From: Lytechinus pictus
Taxonomy: Eukaryota
Direction: 5' to 3'
DNA length: 64,000 nucleotides
Assembly (NCBI RefSeq): GCF_037042905.1
Contig: NC_087245.1
Span: forward strand, 18,478,001-18,542,000
In this document: piece by piece, positions 52,735 through 64,000 of the stretch
How positions within the stretch are numbered: position 1 is the first letter of the stretch
How the letters are laid out: every line of letters begins with the position of its first letter
Translations under genes and position numbers: made by a program
The notes under the pieces: generated by a model
What the model saw: only the letters and a program-made list of their open reading frames with translations
Database searches by the model: none
Told to the model about the DNA's origin: nothing

Positions 52735-54392
52735 CAAGGCTTGACATTAGCGGTGGCCCGGGGCCACCAGAAATTCACCTCGGGCAACCATTATTGAAAA
52801 AATGTTAAGTTTTGGTCACCCGAATCGGGCAACCAATAATTTTCAAAGTAGCGCAATTTTTCTCCTGATTTTGCACGCATTTATCAACTTTCTACATTTA
52901 AAATTGCAAGCCAATTCGTCATGCGCCCTTTTTGTTGATCTACACACAAAGTTTGCATAGTCATGACAGTACGCAGGCTACCGCTATAGCATACAGTAGA
53001 GATTATCCAGCCGGCCACGTCGGCCGGCTGGCGTGAGCTAGCTTTGCATGAAACCACAGCAGCTGTGCATGTGTTAGCAGCCTATTCAGACTCAGCTGGG
53101 AGCTGCGATAAGAAATGTTGCTGCAAAGAAATCTTCCACAGAAACTTTGAAAATCCAAGTCAAAGTCACATTTTACACCAATGAAATGCCCTTCTACAGT
53201 CCATATTACTAAAATCTGGTGTAACCTGATTATTTGCAAGCATTAAACAGAAGAATTCTGACCTCTCTTTTGACTCAAAAAGACAGATTTCCAAATGAAT
53301 TAATACACATGAAAATACATAGGTGAGTACATCACAGTCCCAGGTGTGCATTTGTATGCATATGTTGATACTTGGTTTCTTTCGAAGCTGTGTCTTTTCT
53401 AGCCAAAAATAAACAGAAAGTTTCTTTCTTTCTTGTTTATAAATTACTTCTTAAACCACTCTTGAGAAAGTAAATACTTTGGGAGAGTATTTCATTGATA
53501 TGAAGTGTGAATTTTTCCAACATTTTGGCAAATATAGGGAAAGACTTTTCTCACACTTTTTTTTCCAGATATTAATTTTGCTTTTTTCTTATTTTTTTTT
53601 CTTTCATTTTTTTTTGACAGTGATTAAACCATTCCCATTGAATATGCCTGATTAAAGAAAATGTTTCTACTGAAAAAATAATAATACAAACTAAAGGATA
53701 TAAGAATAAAAATGCGCTATTCCCAAAAGGTAAGTGAACATTATTTGCTTGGCTTTTAATTATATTCCAGTCAGAATAGACTGTTGTCACAGCTGTTAAA
53801 AAATATTTGTAATGGCTTAATTTATTCCCCTTTTCCCCATTTTTTATTAAATTTGTTTTATTAATTTTTCTTTCATTTTCTTTTGTTTCATTTTTCTCTA
53901 AATTTTTTCCTTTTCTTTTCTTTTTTTTTCCTGTTCTTTGTTTTTTTCTTTCTTTTGTTTTATTTCACTTATTTCTTTTATTAGTTTTGTTTTCTTTTTG
54001 TAATATACTTTTCGAAAATAATTTTGTTTGTTTTCCTCTTTTATGCATTGTTCTAATTTTGCAGCATATTTTTTTGTGATTTCTCCTGCTATAATATGCT
54101 GCAAAAGAGAAAACAAAAATAGCCTGGATTTGGGGCCTGCATAATCTAGGTTTTAGGATTCAAAGAGGAAGAAAGGAAAAATCATTGTTTTGTACATCTA
54201 TCTGAGTTTGCTATGCACTATTTATTTACTTTACCATTATGAGTGTGTGTCTATATGTGTCATTTTTAATTAATGTTTTTCTTTATATTTTTCGGGCCAC
54301 CAAACATTAATATCGGGCCACCAAAAGAAATTATTTGAAGGTTTTGGTGGCCCGAATGGGGCACCACCAAAAAAAGTTAATGTGGAGCCTTG
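52735..54392. mobile_element. Non-autonomous DNA transposon with CA..TG ends and 7-bp TSD (P-element-like)
   Basis: CTTAAGC|CAAGGCTTGACATTA ... TAATGTGGAGCCTTG|CTTAAGC; subterminal CGGGCCACCA/GGTGGCCCG repeats at both ends. Confidence 0.82.
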
Positions 54393-55150
54393 CTTAAGCG
54401 CTGATTTTTCTTCTCGTCGACAAAATACGGAGCGAGCTTGCGATTTCCCAATGTTTTTGTCTAATGAGCTAAAGAGGGCGCGCGATTTATCTTCATATCA
54501 AAGATACTACGAGGGAAAGACTAGGCACAAAAACTATTTCACACGTAAATCGATGCAAACGTTACGCAAAGTCTGCAAAGTGTCCAATCTTTTTACTGTT
54601 AAGACTTTGGTGGAACATTAATTGACAAACGAACGGTAGCACTTGCAGGGCTTTGTTCAAGGTATGTAGAATTTTCTATATATTTTTTCTAATTTGTCAT
54701 CGCTTTGAATGTTTTCCAAAAAGTATTAATTATCGTCAGCAAATACAATATAAAAAGTATGTTTTTTTAAGTTATTGCATTTATTGGTGTCTATTTTTTA
54801 TCAAACAATCATGGGAATTGCGCATACAATGAATCGAGAATCTACTCTAGTTTTAAAAACACCGACAAGCTGAATTAAGGTTGTGAATTGAATAGCGCCA
54901 CCAACGACCTTCCTTTTATTTCCGTGGAAGAGGCATGCGAAGCAACTTTCCAGAATGAGGTAAGCGATTTTGCTCTTTTTCATGTTTTTCATATAAAATA
55001 ATATGTAAAATTGAACGCTTTTCACCAGAAAAAACCCTGGTGAGTAGCGGAATGAGTTTCGGCTAACATTATTCGCGTTATGAAGCGATGTTAACCGACA
55101 ACTCTAAAATTAAAATCCATCGCGTAAACACGTTCATAGCGAGGTTAATC
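54393..55150. promoter_or_regulatory. CpG-rich probable promoter region upstream of POLR2K
   Basis: Locally high CpG density in apparently unique sequence upstream of the candidate first exon. Confidence 0.4.
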
Positions 55151-55152
55151 AG

Positions 55153-55600
55153 TAGAGGCGCACGGCCAATATTGGAGACTGTCTCCAATGTGGGAGATAA
55201 TCTCCAATATCATTCAGAGACTTTAGGTTTTGTAAAGAATTTGGGTATCCAATTTCAGAGACAGTCTCCAGTTTTGGAGTCCAATTTCCTTTGTTTACAT
55301 TTGCTGCAAAAGGATTATCTTGGCGGCAAATAAAAATGTGATAAGCAGATTCCTCATGAAAAATTACCCCTTTTCACCGTCTAGGCCTACTTTAAAAATT
55401 CACCGTCTACTTTTATTTTGATAAGGAATTTTGTTGTCAATCACACACAAAACAAATGGGCTTCTGACCTCAGTGAGACAAAATTTTGGGTGAAAAAAAT
55501 CATACTTTTGTTGGTGTCATTTCTTTTGTCCTTTTGCAAAGCAAGTCTCCAATGTGGGAGATTGTCTCAGAGAGTCTCCCATATTGGCCGTGCGCCTCTA
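55153..55600. mobile_element. MITE with TA-bounded TIR
   Basis: TAGAGGCGCACGGCCAATAT / ATATTGGCCGTGCGCCTCTA; internal GAGAC..GTCTCC repeats. Confidence 0.8.
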
Positions 55601-56971
55601 AAAATTACTGTTAATACTTTAATAGATAATAATAATAATACCTCGGTCCTCGCAATACGTGATAGTGCTATGTGTGTCATCAGTTTTTGTAGAATATTGC
55701 TGCATTTTTTCAAAACTCAGGGCCTAGTTTATCATTCTAAATTTAAATATATTTCTTCTTTTCAATTCATTCAACACTGTCACTAGCAATTAACATGCAC
55801 ACAATTCGGTATTAACACTCACAGTCACACTCACATATACATATTCACAGCTCACTCGGATTTAAACATGTGGGACAACATAAAATAAACTAGATCACAC
55901 ACGTCGCGGCCCGCGGAGGCCAAACACAGGCAACAACAACTCGACCACCAAATTCTAACTAACAGTTAGATATCTTATTCATACATTGGTATAATATATG
56001 TCAAATCAATAATATATTGGGCTAGCTATAAATAAAATCATAATCGGAAGGTAAATTACGATTTACGGTACCGAAAATGCAGTCTCGCTCTCGTGGTAGC
56101 TCGGTACATACGGTATACAATTCACAAGCAGCGCGCGCAGTGCAGTACAGTGCAGTGCATGCAGTGCAGTATGAATGAAGGTATTTTTTTAATAACGCAT
56201 CTCTATGCCAAAAATAGTGTTTTCTCTTTCAAAAAAAGGAAAATAAAAATTATGTAGTCTATGCCCGGAGTCTATGATCAAAAATATAGAATAAAATGAT
56301 AAAAGTTGATTTTTATACGACATTTCAACGGATAAATAAGGGTTCCCCTAAATAAGGTATGTAAACATATTTTCATATGACATGAATATGTTTATGTTCT
56401 CATGGATTTTTTTTTTGCTGTCTACGATACCCCTGCCACCCCTCCCTGCCAACATAAGTAGCACACCTAATTTTGTCTGAAGGAGAGCAGCAATAGACAT
56501 TCTACTTTGATCGATGAACAGGCTTAGTCCTACAACATCGTTGGAGTAAACTAAACTAATGAAAAATATATTGATATCTGTTGATATCCACCTCTAACGT
56601 TAGATATTGACGATCCATATCCCGACAAGATGATTTAAAAAAAATTCGGCTCACTTACACTTCAGGCCCAGATAGCTCGATACGCTTTATAATCCAACTC
56701 TATCTTTGGCTGAGGCAAGCCTGACATTTGCACCCAAGTTTGCAGCCACATTGCTTGCAAGTTGGCACTTACGTTGGGGTTGGTGCCCGGGGTTGGTGCG
56801 TGACAAAAAAAAGTCCTCTGAGTGCGCTTGATTCAATATGGGCAAGACCCGGGGCAAGACTAAAATATCATTCAATTCAGCTCATTGCCGGAGCAGGAAC
56901 ACAGTTGTTATATGAGTGACAGAAGATCTTTAGGGGCCTATCTATTTAAAAATTGTATTGGTGTACCACTA

Positions 56972-58816
56972 CAGTGCGTCCCAAAAAAAACTATACACTT
57001 TTGAAATGGCTGCCAAATAATAAATGGAGCACTTTGCTGAAAAAAACTTACATATATGGAAAGCCAATAAAGTCAACTTTCAAATGACACCAAAAAGTTG
57101 GAAAACTATTCATGCTTGAGCGAGCACTGCCCACTGAAACAAAGGGTATGAAAATTACGGTGGGCTGGAATTAGCCTTCCAATTTGTGTCAGTTTTTAAG
57201 AGGCAAATCCTTTTAAACTTGCAAAGTTAAGGGTGTTGTGATAAATTAATGATCAACCATGACCAGTTTTGGTTGCATAAGCAAATTTCATAAATTATTA
57301 AATTGAACTTTAATGCATTAGCGAGCATAAATTATACTTTTGGGGCAGCATTTCAACTTTATCATTTGGATCTCTTTTTTTGGCAGCATTTCAACTTTAT
57401 CATGTGGATCTCAGCAATGTGTTCATGGGAGTCTGGAGGATAGGGGGTGAGATAGGATTTAAGTGGGAGAAGCAGGTTGATGGAATAAGGGTCAACAGAA
57501 CATTGAGTCCCCGCCCCCTCCCTCTTTCCCACCCTCCCCCTCCCTCTTTCCCATCCTCCCCTCCTGTTGTGAGACTGATGGCTATTGTCATGTATGCGTG
57601 AAGTCCAGAGCAGAATGTCGATTTAATGATAAATTCTGAATTGGGGCATCAACTTTTTCCTATCAATCATTGAATCAACAATTTATTAGTAAATCAACTC
57701 ATTCAATGTGCAATGTGATCAATCAAACATTCATTTTTTTTTCAATAAATTATTTCATTAATCATCATAATCATTAAATTTCTTGGTAATGATTCAATAA
57801 AAAAAATGACCATCAGCCACCGGTCACTTGGCAGTTAAGTTTTGAATAGGCTACAATCCAGGAAAAGAGACAGAGAGAGAGAGGGGGGGGCTGGGAAATG
57901 GAGGTGGAGAAGGGATGGTACATTTGACTATTAATTTGTAAAAAGGACAAAAAGAAGAGGAATGCCCTTTTAACAAAGTCTTAGCATATCTCGCCCTCTT
58001 GCTTGTAACAGGTACCATCACATTACTCTGACTCTCACGAACACACTTCTGAGGTCCACAAGATGAATATGCTACACTAAAATTACAACTCCGGTTCACT
58101 CATGCATTAAATTTTAATTTAGTAACTCGTGAAATTTGCCTAAGAAACCAAAACTTATCTTACTCATCAATTTAGCTTAACACCCTTAGCTTAGCAAGTT
58201 CCAAAGGACTAACCACTCCAAAAAACTGTAAGGCTAATTCCTGCCCAGTCTAGCCGAGCTTAATCTCTCAGGAGAAAAGTGGGGGGGGGGGGGGGTGGGG
58301 GACCGGGTTGAGATGGAGAGAGGGGTTGCTTAAATGTTCTGTTGACCTTTATCCCATCAACATACTTCACCTACCTATAAGTCATATTACCCCCTCTTCT
58401 CCTGACTCTCATGAACACATTGTTGAGATCCACATGATAAAGACAAAATGCTGCACTAAAAATTGCAATTCATGATCACTCATGCATTAAATTTCAATTA
58501 AATAACGCATTAAATTTTCACAAACAACAAACTGATCACAAATTATCTTTAATTCACCAAATAACCCTCAACATTTAAGTGCCAAACAAAAAAACCTGAA
58601 AGAAATTGGAAGGCTAATTCCGGCCCACCCTAATTTTCATACCCTTTGTTTCAGTGGGCAGTGCTCGCTCAAGCATGAATAGATTTCCAACTTTTTGGTG
58701 TCATTAGAAAGTTGGCTTTATTGGCTTTCCATATCTATAAGTCTTTTCCCCCAAAGTGCTACATTTTTTATTTGGCAGCCATTTCAAAAGTGTATAGTTT
58801 TTTTGGGGACGCACTG
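56972..58816. mobile_element. Second copy of the 1.8-kb Tc1/mariner-like element, inverted relative to 47760-49575
   Basis: TA|CAGTGCGTCCC ... GGGACGCACTG|TA; the interior is the reverse complement of the first copy. Confidence 0.9.
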
Positions 58817-58916
58817 TATAATCTGTCAATAATTTCAATGAAAATTTGCCTTATCAAAGTTATCAAAAGTTAGGGTCTATCCAGAGCGGATAACAAATGT
58901 CATCATCACAGTAACT

Positions 58917-59187
58917 TATGACATCACTCACTCACTATTTCTTTTTGTTATTTTATTACATGAAATATTCAAATTTTCGACCCGTTGTCCTGTGAAACAA
59001 AGTTTTATTCCTCCCTGAACATGTGGTATTACCATTAACATTTTATGGTTCAATCAATTGTTGTCAAATCTGTAAATATGGAAATATTGTATAATTCAAA
59101 CAATATAATACAAAAGAAATAGTGAGTGAGGGACACCATCGACTCTCTCGTTTGTATGTCACTGAATTGTGCATATCTGTTTTGTGA

Positions 59188-59192
<5 letters not shown>
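58917..59192. mobile_element. Internal fragment of TTAA MITE family B ending at a (TA)n tract
   Basis: CACTCACTATTTCTTTT...AAAAGAAATAGTGAGTG core shared with family B. Confidence 0.75.

Positions 59193-59229
<37 letters not shown>
59191..59229. repeat. (TA)n microsatellite
   Basis: Direct reading. Confidence 0.97.
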
Positions 59230-59233
<4 letters not shown>

Positions 59234-59365
59234 AAAATATATACCTGGGTCTAGGCCAAAAGCTCGGATTAAATTGTGGTCTATCAGCAACGTCCAATCG
59301 TCTTGTCATATTTTTCGCCTAAGTATTTGGTGCAAGACACAGTCGTCATGTTAAGGAGTAGATGC

Positions 59366-59553
59366 CTGGAATCTATATATGTCCACACCAGAGAAGTGTT
59401 AAACAACACCGGTTTGGTATTGATCTAACACCATATAGGTGTTTATACAACAGCATCGGTTTGATTCCAAACTGATGTCGTTTCAATACTTCTCAGGTGT
59501 GGACATATATAGATTCCGGACTGGTGTTAAATCAACACTGGAGTTTTTGCAGA

Positions 59554-59554
<1 letters not shown>
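59366..59554. mobile_element. Palindromic MITE fragment
   Basis: GGAATCTATATATGTCCACACC / GGTGTGGACATATATAGATTCC inverted pair; terminus-like GGAGTTTTTGCAGAG. Confidence 0.55.

Positions 59555-59619
<65 letters not shown>
59555..59619. repeat. (TA)n microsatellite
   Basis: Direct reading. Confidence 0.97.
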
Positions 59620-59623
<4 letters not shown>

Positions 59624-59659
59624 TATTATGACTCATGAGAAAGAGACACATATCTCACC

Positions 59660-60348
59660 AACAATTTTAGTATACTGACCTGAAAACAGGAAAAAGGTAC
59701 CTTGTTTTCGACTGTTTGTAGAAACTCATGAGGAGGATACATATCTGACTACAATGATAATGCGAATGCCGAGAGCGAGCTGAAATTTCTTTATATTCTG
59801 ACCTGAAAGCTTGATATTCTATGCATTTTTGGTACCAATGATTAAGATGGGTATCTAAAAGAATAAAAGATGCGAGCGCGAAGCGCGCGAGCTGAAAATT
59901 TTGATATTTCAATCTGAAAAAAATATGACAGTTTAATGGACGTTTGTAATAAAGAACAAGATATATCCAACAAAAGATTATTGCAAATCGAAGCCGGAGT
60001 TCTTTTGAGGTTTAGAACTGAAAACAGGACATTCTATTCATCTTTTTAATCATGAAAAGTATGTGGTTTTTGCTTAAGAAATGATGCGAGCGCGAAGCGT
60101 GATCTGAAAATTTTTATAATCCAATCGAAAAGCGGACGTTTTAAGCACGATTTTAAATAAAGAACGAGTTGTGTATTTCAATCTCGCTTGCCGATTTCTG
60201 TGTAACATTACAATCTTTTTTTATTTTTGCACATCCGGAATAATGGGGGGGGGGGGGCAAAACGATATGTTTGCCCCCCCCCCAATATTTTCATTGGTGG
60301 GGTGATCGCCCCCTGCCCTCCCCCCCCCCCCCAGGATCGACGCCTCTG
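59660..60348. repeat. Interspersed repeat with spaced GCGAGCGCGAAGCGCGAG motifs and a poly-G/poly-C end
   Basis: Motif at ~59768, 59871 and 60085; ends with G-run, C-run and GATCGACGCCTCTG. Confidence 0.6.
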
Positions 60349-61342
60349 TCAAGCACTCTGCATAGAATAAATATAGAATTTGAGGTATCAGTTTGTTTGT
60401 TTTTTCTCCGCCGGATCTTGCTTTCTTCCTCCTGTTATTGTGCAGTATATGGGAGTATATATAATATTTTAAAATACTAATAGAGCATCTTTCTTTTTAA
60501 CTGGTTTATTTCTCATAATGTACATATTATGCATTAGAGTATTAGACATATTATACAGACTTATACCACACATTTTCTTTTCTTCAGATTTCTTTCATTT
60601 TTTTTATTACTGGAATAAGTTCATTTTTGTCCATTCTCGTTTAAAACAAAATGCCTCTTCAATAACTTCATTCCTTATAATAATCAATAATTTGAATTGC
60701 ATTACTCAAAATTCAATTTAGAAATTGCCATTTTCGACATCATTTCGTAATTTATCTATAGTTTTATATTAGTGCAATTAATTGTTAATGTAAACTGAGC
60801 CAGTGCCCTTCAAAGTGTATAAATTCTTTATTTTTATGTATATGTTATGCATTCTAACATATGTGACCAAGACGTATTTCCATGTGCTATCAAGTACAAT
60901 TAAGATTGAATTGAATTGAATTGTTCCGTCGATCCAGAAAGATTTAAGTGTGGTGACAGTAGAGTACAGTAATATATTCGTAGCATAATTTATGCATATT
61001 CATTTTTTTTTTCATTCTAAATTTAACAAATTAAACTCAATTTATTATTTCTTTGTCAGGTGATATGCCTACGCATGTTTAACATCATTAAGATTCTAAA
61101 TTTGCAAACAATAATTGGAATAACTTTTCCATAAATGATTATGGGTTGACCTAAAGGCCGGGCCTAAACGGGTACGTGACGTCATTTTTTTTTTCAATTA
61201 AAACAAAAACGACCCAGCTCCTTCTTCCTTCTTTCCCTTTTGTTTGTCTTTTCTCCTGTTTTCACCAGTAGAAAAATCACAGCCCCTTATCCCATTGCTT
61301 CAACTACCCTATAGCCATTTGTGAATTATGTCGGGTGGATCC

Positions 61343-63178
61343 CAGGGCCCTGGGAACGATTTTTGGGTTGGGGGTGCTAAAGTAGGCTTAAATTCAGGGG
61401 CGGATCCAGCTTTCGCCAATAAGGGGGGGGGGAGCAAAAAGTATTTCACACATATCTTCCCCGATCGGCCACTGAAAGATGATTTTTGTTTGTTTCTTCG
61501 TAACAGTCACTTCTTTGCTTTATCATTATAAAACATAGTGATTTCATAAGCCATATATTTAAATAGTGAGAGCGCGAAGCGAGAGCTAATTTTATGGAAA
61601 TTTCATGTATCTTGTCCTGAAAATCAAACATTCTGGACAATGTTTGTGATCCTGAACTAGATGCGTATATAACTGATCGAAAAGGGACCTGTTGAGGACT
61701 GTTTGTAAAGCGATAAATATTCAATAATCAAATAAAGCGAGCGCGAGCTGAAATTTTTTTGACATTCCAACCTAAAAAATTGAAATTCTAAGCCGTTTTT
61801 TGTATTCATGGGCAGGATAGGCATATAACTAAACAATGCGAGCACGAAACGTGAGCGGAAAAACAATGAGATTTAGACCTAAAAACGGGTCACTCGATTC
61901 ATGTTTTGTAAATCAAGAAAAGAATGGGTAATTGGGTATTCTGAATCAATAATGTAAGCGCCAAGCGCGAGCAGAAAAATTTTAGTCTGAAACTGGATAA
62001 TTTAAGCATGTTTTAAATGAATAAAGAACAAGCTGTTAGCTGTGTATCTCAAAAAAATGCGTGCGTGTGATAAGATTTATACCTAGTATCTGGGCATTTT
62101 TATTTTTTTATTATGAAAATCAATAATGTGATCGCGAAGCGCGAGCTGAAAATATTTGATATTCCTATCTGAAAAAGGGTCAATTTAAGCACTGATTCAA
62201 GCACTGTGTAGGAAAATTGTGAAGTGGATATTATGGATCGCTCTTAACAAATGATGTGAGCGCGAAGCGCAAGCTGATATTTTTGCTATTTTTATTTTGA
62301 CCTAGGACCCGGACATTCAAAGGACATTTTGTCATCATATGAAAATGATTACTTTTTTCTATTCCTCTTCCTAAGCGCGAGATATTCCATTCTAAAAAAA
62401 AAGGACAATTTGATTATTAGGAATTTATGAAAATGTTATATCAATAGTATTTATTAATCTAATAAGCCTATAGCATATTAAATTTTCAGGAAAAATACAT
62501 TAAAGTTTTTTTTAAAATCGCTCGCGCTCCGCGCTCGCGCTTTTTATATAAGCTTATAAGAATATTTATGTTATTTTTACTTTTAGGTCTAAAATCTCAA
62601 TTTTCTTCCTCTCTTCGCGCTCGCATCAATAATTGTTTAGTTACATATATACTTATCCCATTTATGTCAAAAAAATTTAGCTCGCACTTCGCACTCCAAT
62701 TATTTAAATATATACCGTCTTCGTGGGTAACTGCATGTAAACAGGCCTTAACAGGTCCCTTTCAATCATTCTAGAACAGTTATTAAAAATTTCTGCTCGC
62801 GCTTGGCGTTCGCAGTAATTATCTAGTTACATACGCATCTTGTTCAAGATCACAAATTACATTGCCCAGTATATTAAATTTTCAGGACAAAAAAAATGAA
62901 AGTTCAACAAAAAAAAATCGCTCGCGCTCCGCGCTCACACTTTTTATATAGGCTTATAAGAATATTTATGTTGTTTTATAAGAATAGGCCTAAAGCTAAA
63001 AAGTGACTGATCGGGGGAAATGTAGGTGCAGATAATTTCGGGCCCCACCCCCTATGCGAAAGTCGGATCCGCCCTTAATTGTGACACATACACACACACA
63101 CAGAAAAAAAAGGTTGCCCCCCTGAAAAAGCAAGGACCCCCCAGTGCCCCCCAGGAAAAAATCCTAGCTACGCCACTG
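61343..63178. mobile_element. Nested G/C-run MITE-like elements with a periodic GCGAGCGCGAAGCGCGAG array
   Basis: CAGGGGCGGATCC at 61395 versus GGATCCGCCC at 63066; at least 12 motif copies ~100-170 bp apart; additional terminus GCTACGCCACTG near 63167-63178. Confidence 0.6.
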
Positions 63179-63954
63179 ATTGGGTGTGAAACCAACCCCC
63201 CCCCCCCCCCCCCCCGCCGCCTGTAAGCCAGGGATTGAACGTAAAGCTGAATCTAGGAAGGGTCCCTATGGCGTCATAGAGCCATTGGGAGGTTATAGAG
63301 GAATGAGACCCGAATAGACCCTACTGCGCGTGGGGCAGAGCCCCAGTAGCTCATCATTTGCATAACATTTAGCAAGCTTATAGCACAATGTTGTATGCAG
63401 TCCATCTTTCTTCCTGCTCTTTATTTTCAATCCTCGGCAGCCCGGTCGTATTGTTAAGTTCACTTTTATTTTCTTGTCCCTTTTCTTCGTTTCATCCAAT
63501 TTAGCTTTTGGTTAAATCCATTCTACTTTCATTTCCCGCTATTGTTTGAGATTTTTTCATCCTTTACTTTGTTTCCCTTTCTTACTACTCATGCTACTGC
63601 ATTACATAGGTCTATTTCGGAATGATTTGTTCTTTCTCACATGTTCTTCTTTCGTTCCTGTTCCCGCTTTCCTTCCTTTTCCATGAAAAAAAATATTTTT
63701 TCTTCGTTTTATTTTCACTTTTCCCTTTCCCTTTCCTTTACCCCTCTCCTCCCCTTTCTCTATCTTTCTACCTCCCTTTACTCTTTTTCCCGGTTTTTTT
63801 ATTTTCCCGGTGAAATTCGCCAGGGGGCAGCTTGCCCCCCCCCCCCCCCTGCCCCCGCCTGTTACGCCACTGGTTTCATTAATATTAGCCTATAAGTTAA
63901 AAAGCGCCTCATCAATAATGGTTCTGCTCGAGCCTTGTCTAGTGTCAAGTAAGT

Positions 63955-64000
63955 GTCAGCGCGCCATCTAGCTTGCTAGCTAGCTAGCTGATCGATCGCC
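63955..64000. promoter_or_regulatory. CTCF-like motif at the window edge
   Basis: GCGCCATCTAGC at 63961-63972 (reverse complement GCTAGATGGCGC) in CpG-rich context. Confidence 0.35.

Overview
AT-rich animal genomic DNA. The repeat landscape looks like an invertebrate deuterostome, probably a sea urchin; that taxon call is inference only. Two minus-strand protein-coding genes were found by manual exon translation. (1) The first two coding exons of an ASAP-type Arf-GAP gene (39239-39364 and 9508-9580), separated by a ~29.7 kb intron; the rest of the gene appears to run off the left edge. (2) A complete POLR2K/RPB12 gene with three coding exons (50073-50151, 47157-47249, 46761-46783) encoding 64 aa, whose last intron has U12 (minor spliceosome) signals. 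The remainder is dense with non-autonomous DNA transposons, often nested, classified only by terminal inverted repeats (TIR) and target-site duplications (TSD): TTAA/Kolobok-like, Harbinger-like, hAT-like, P-like, Tc1/mariner-like and Helentron/HINE-like. There are also two tRNA-derived SINEs, tandem duplications and microsatellites. The most striking unexplained signal is the many TA-bounded palindromes (TACATGTA, TAGGCCTA, TACCGGTA and relatives). In several repeat copies these are demonstrably insertions at a single TA relative to sibling copies, which fits excision footprints of TA-targeting transposons. Almost all entries of the supplied ORF track are spurious. All family assignments were made by eye; no database search was run.
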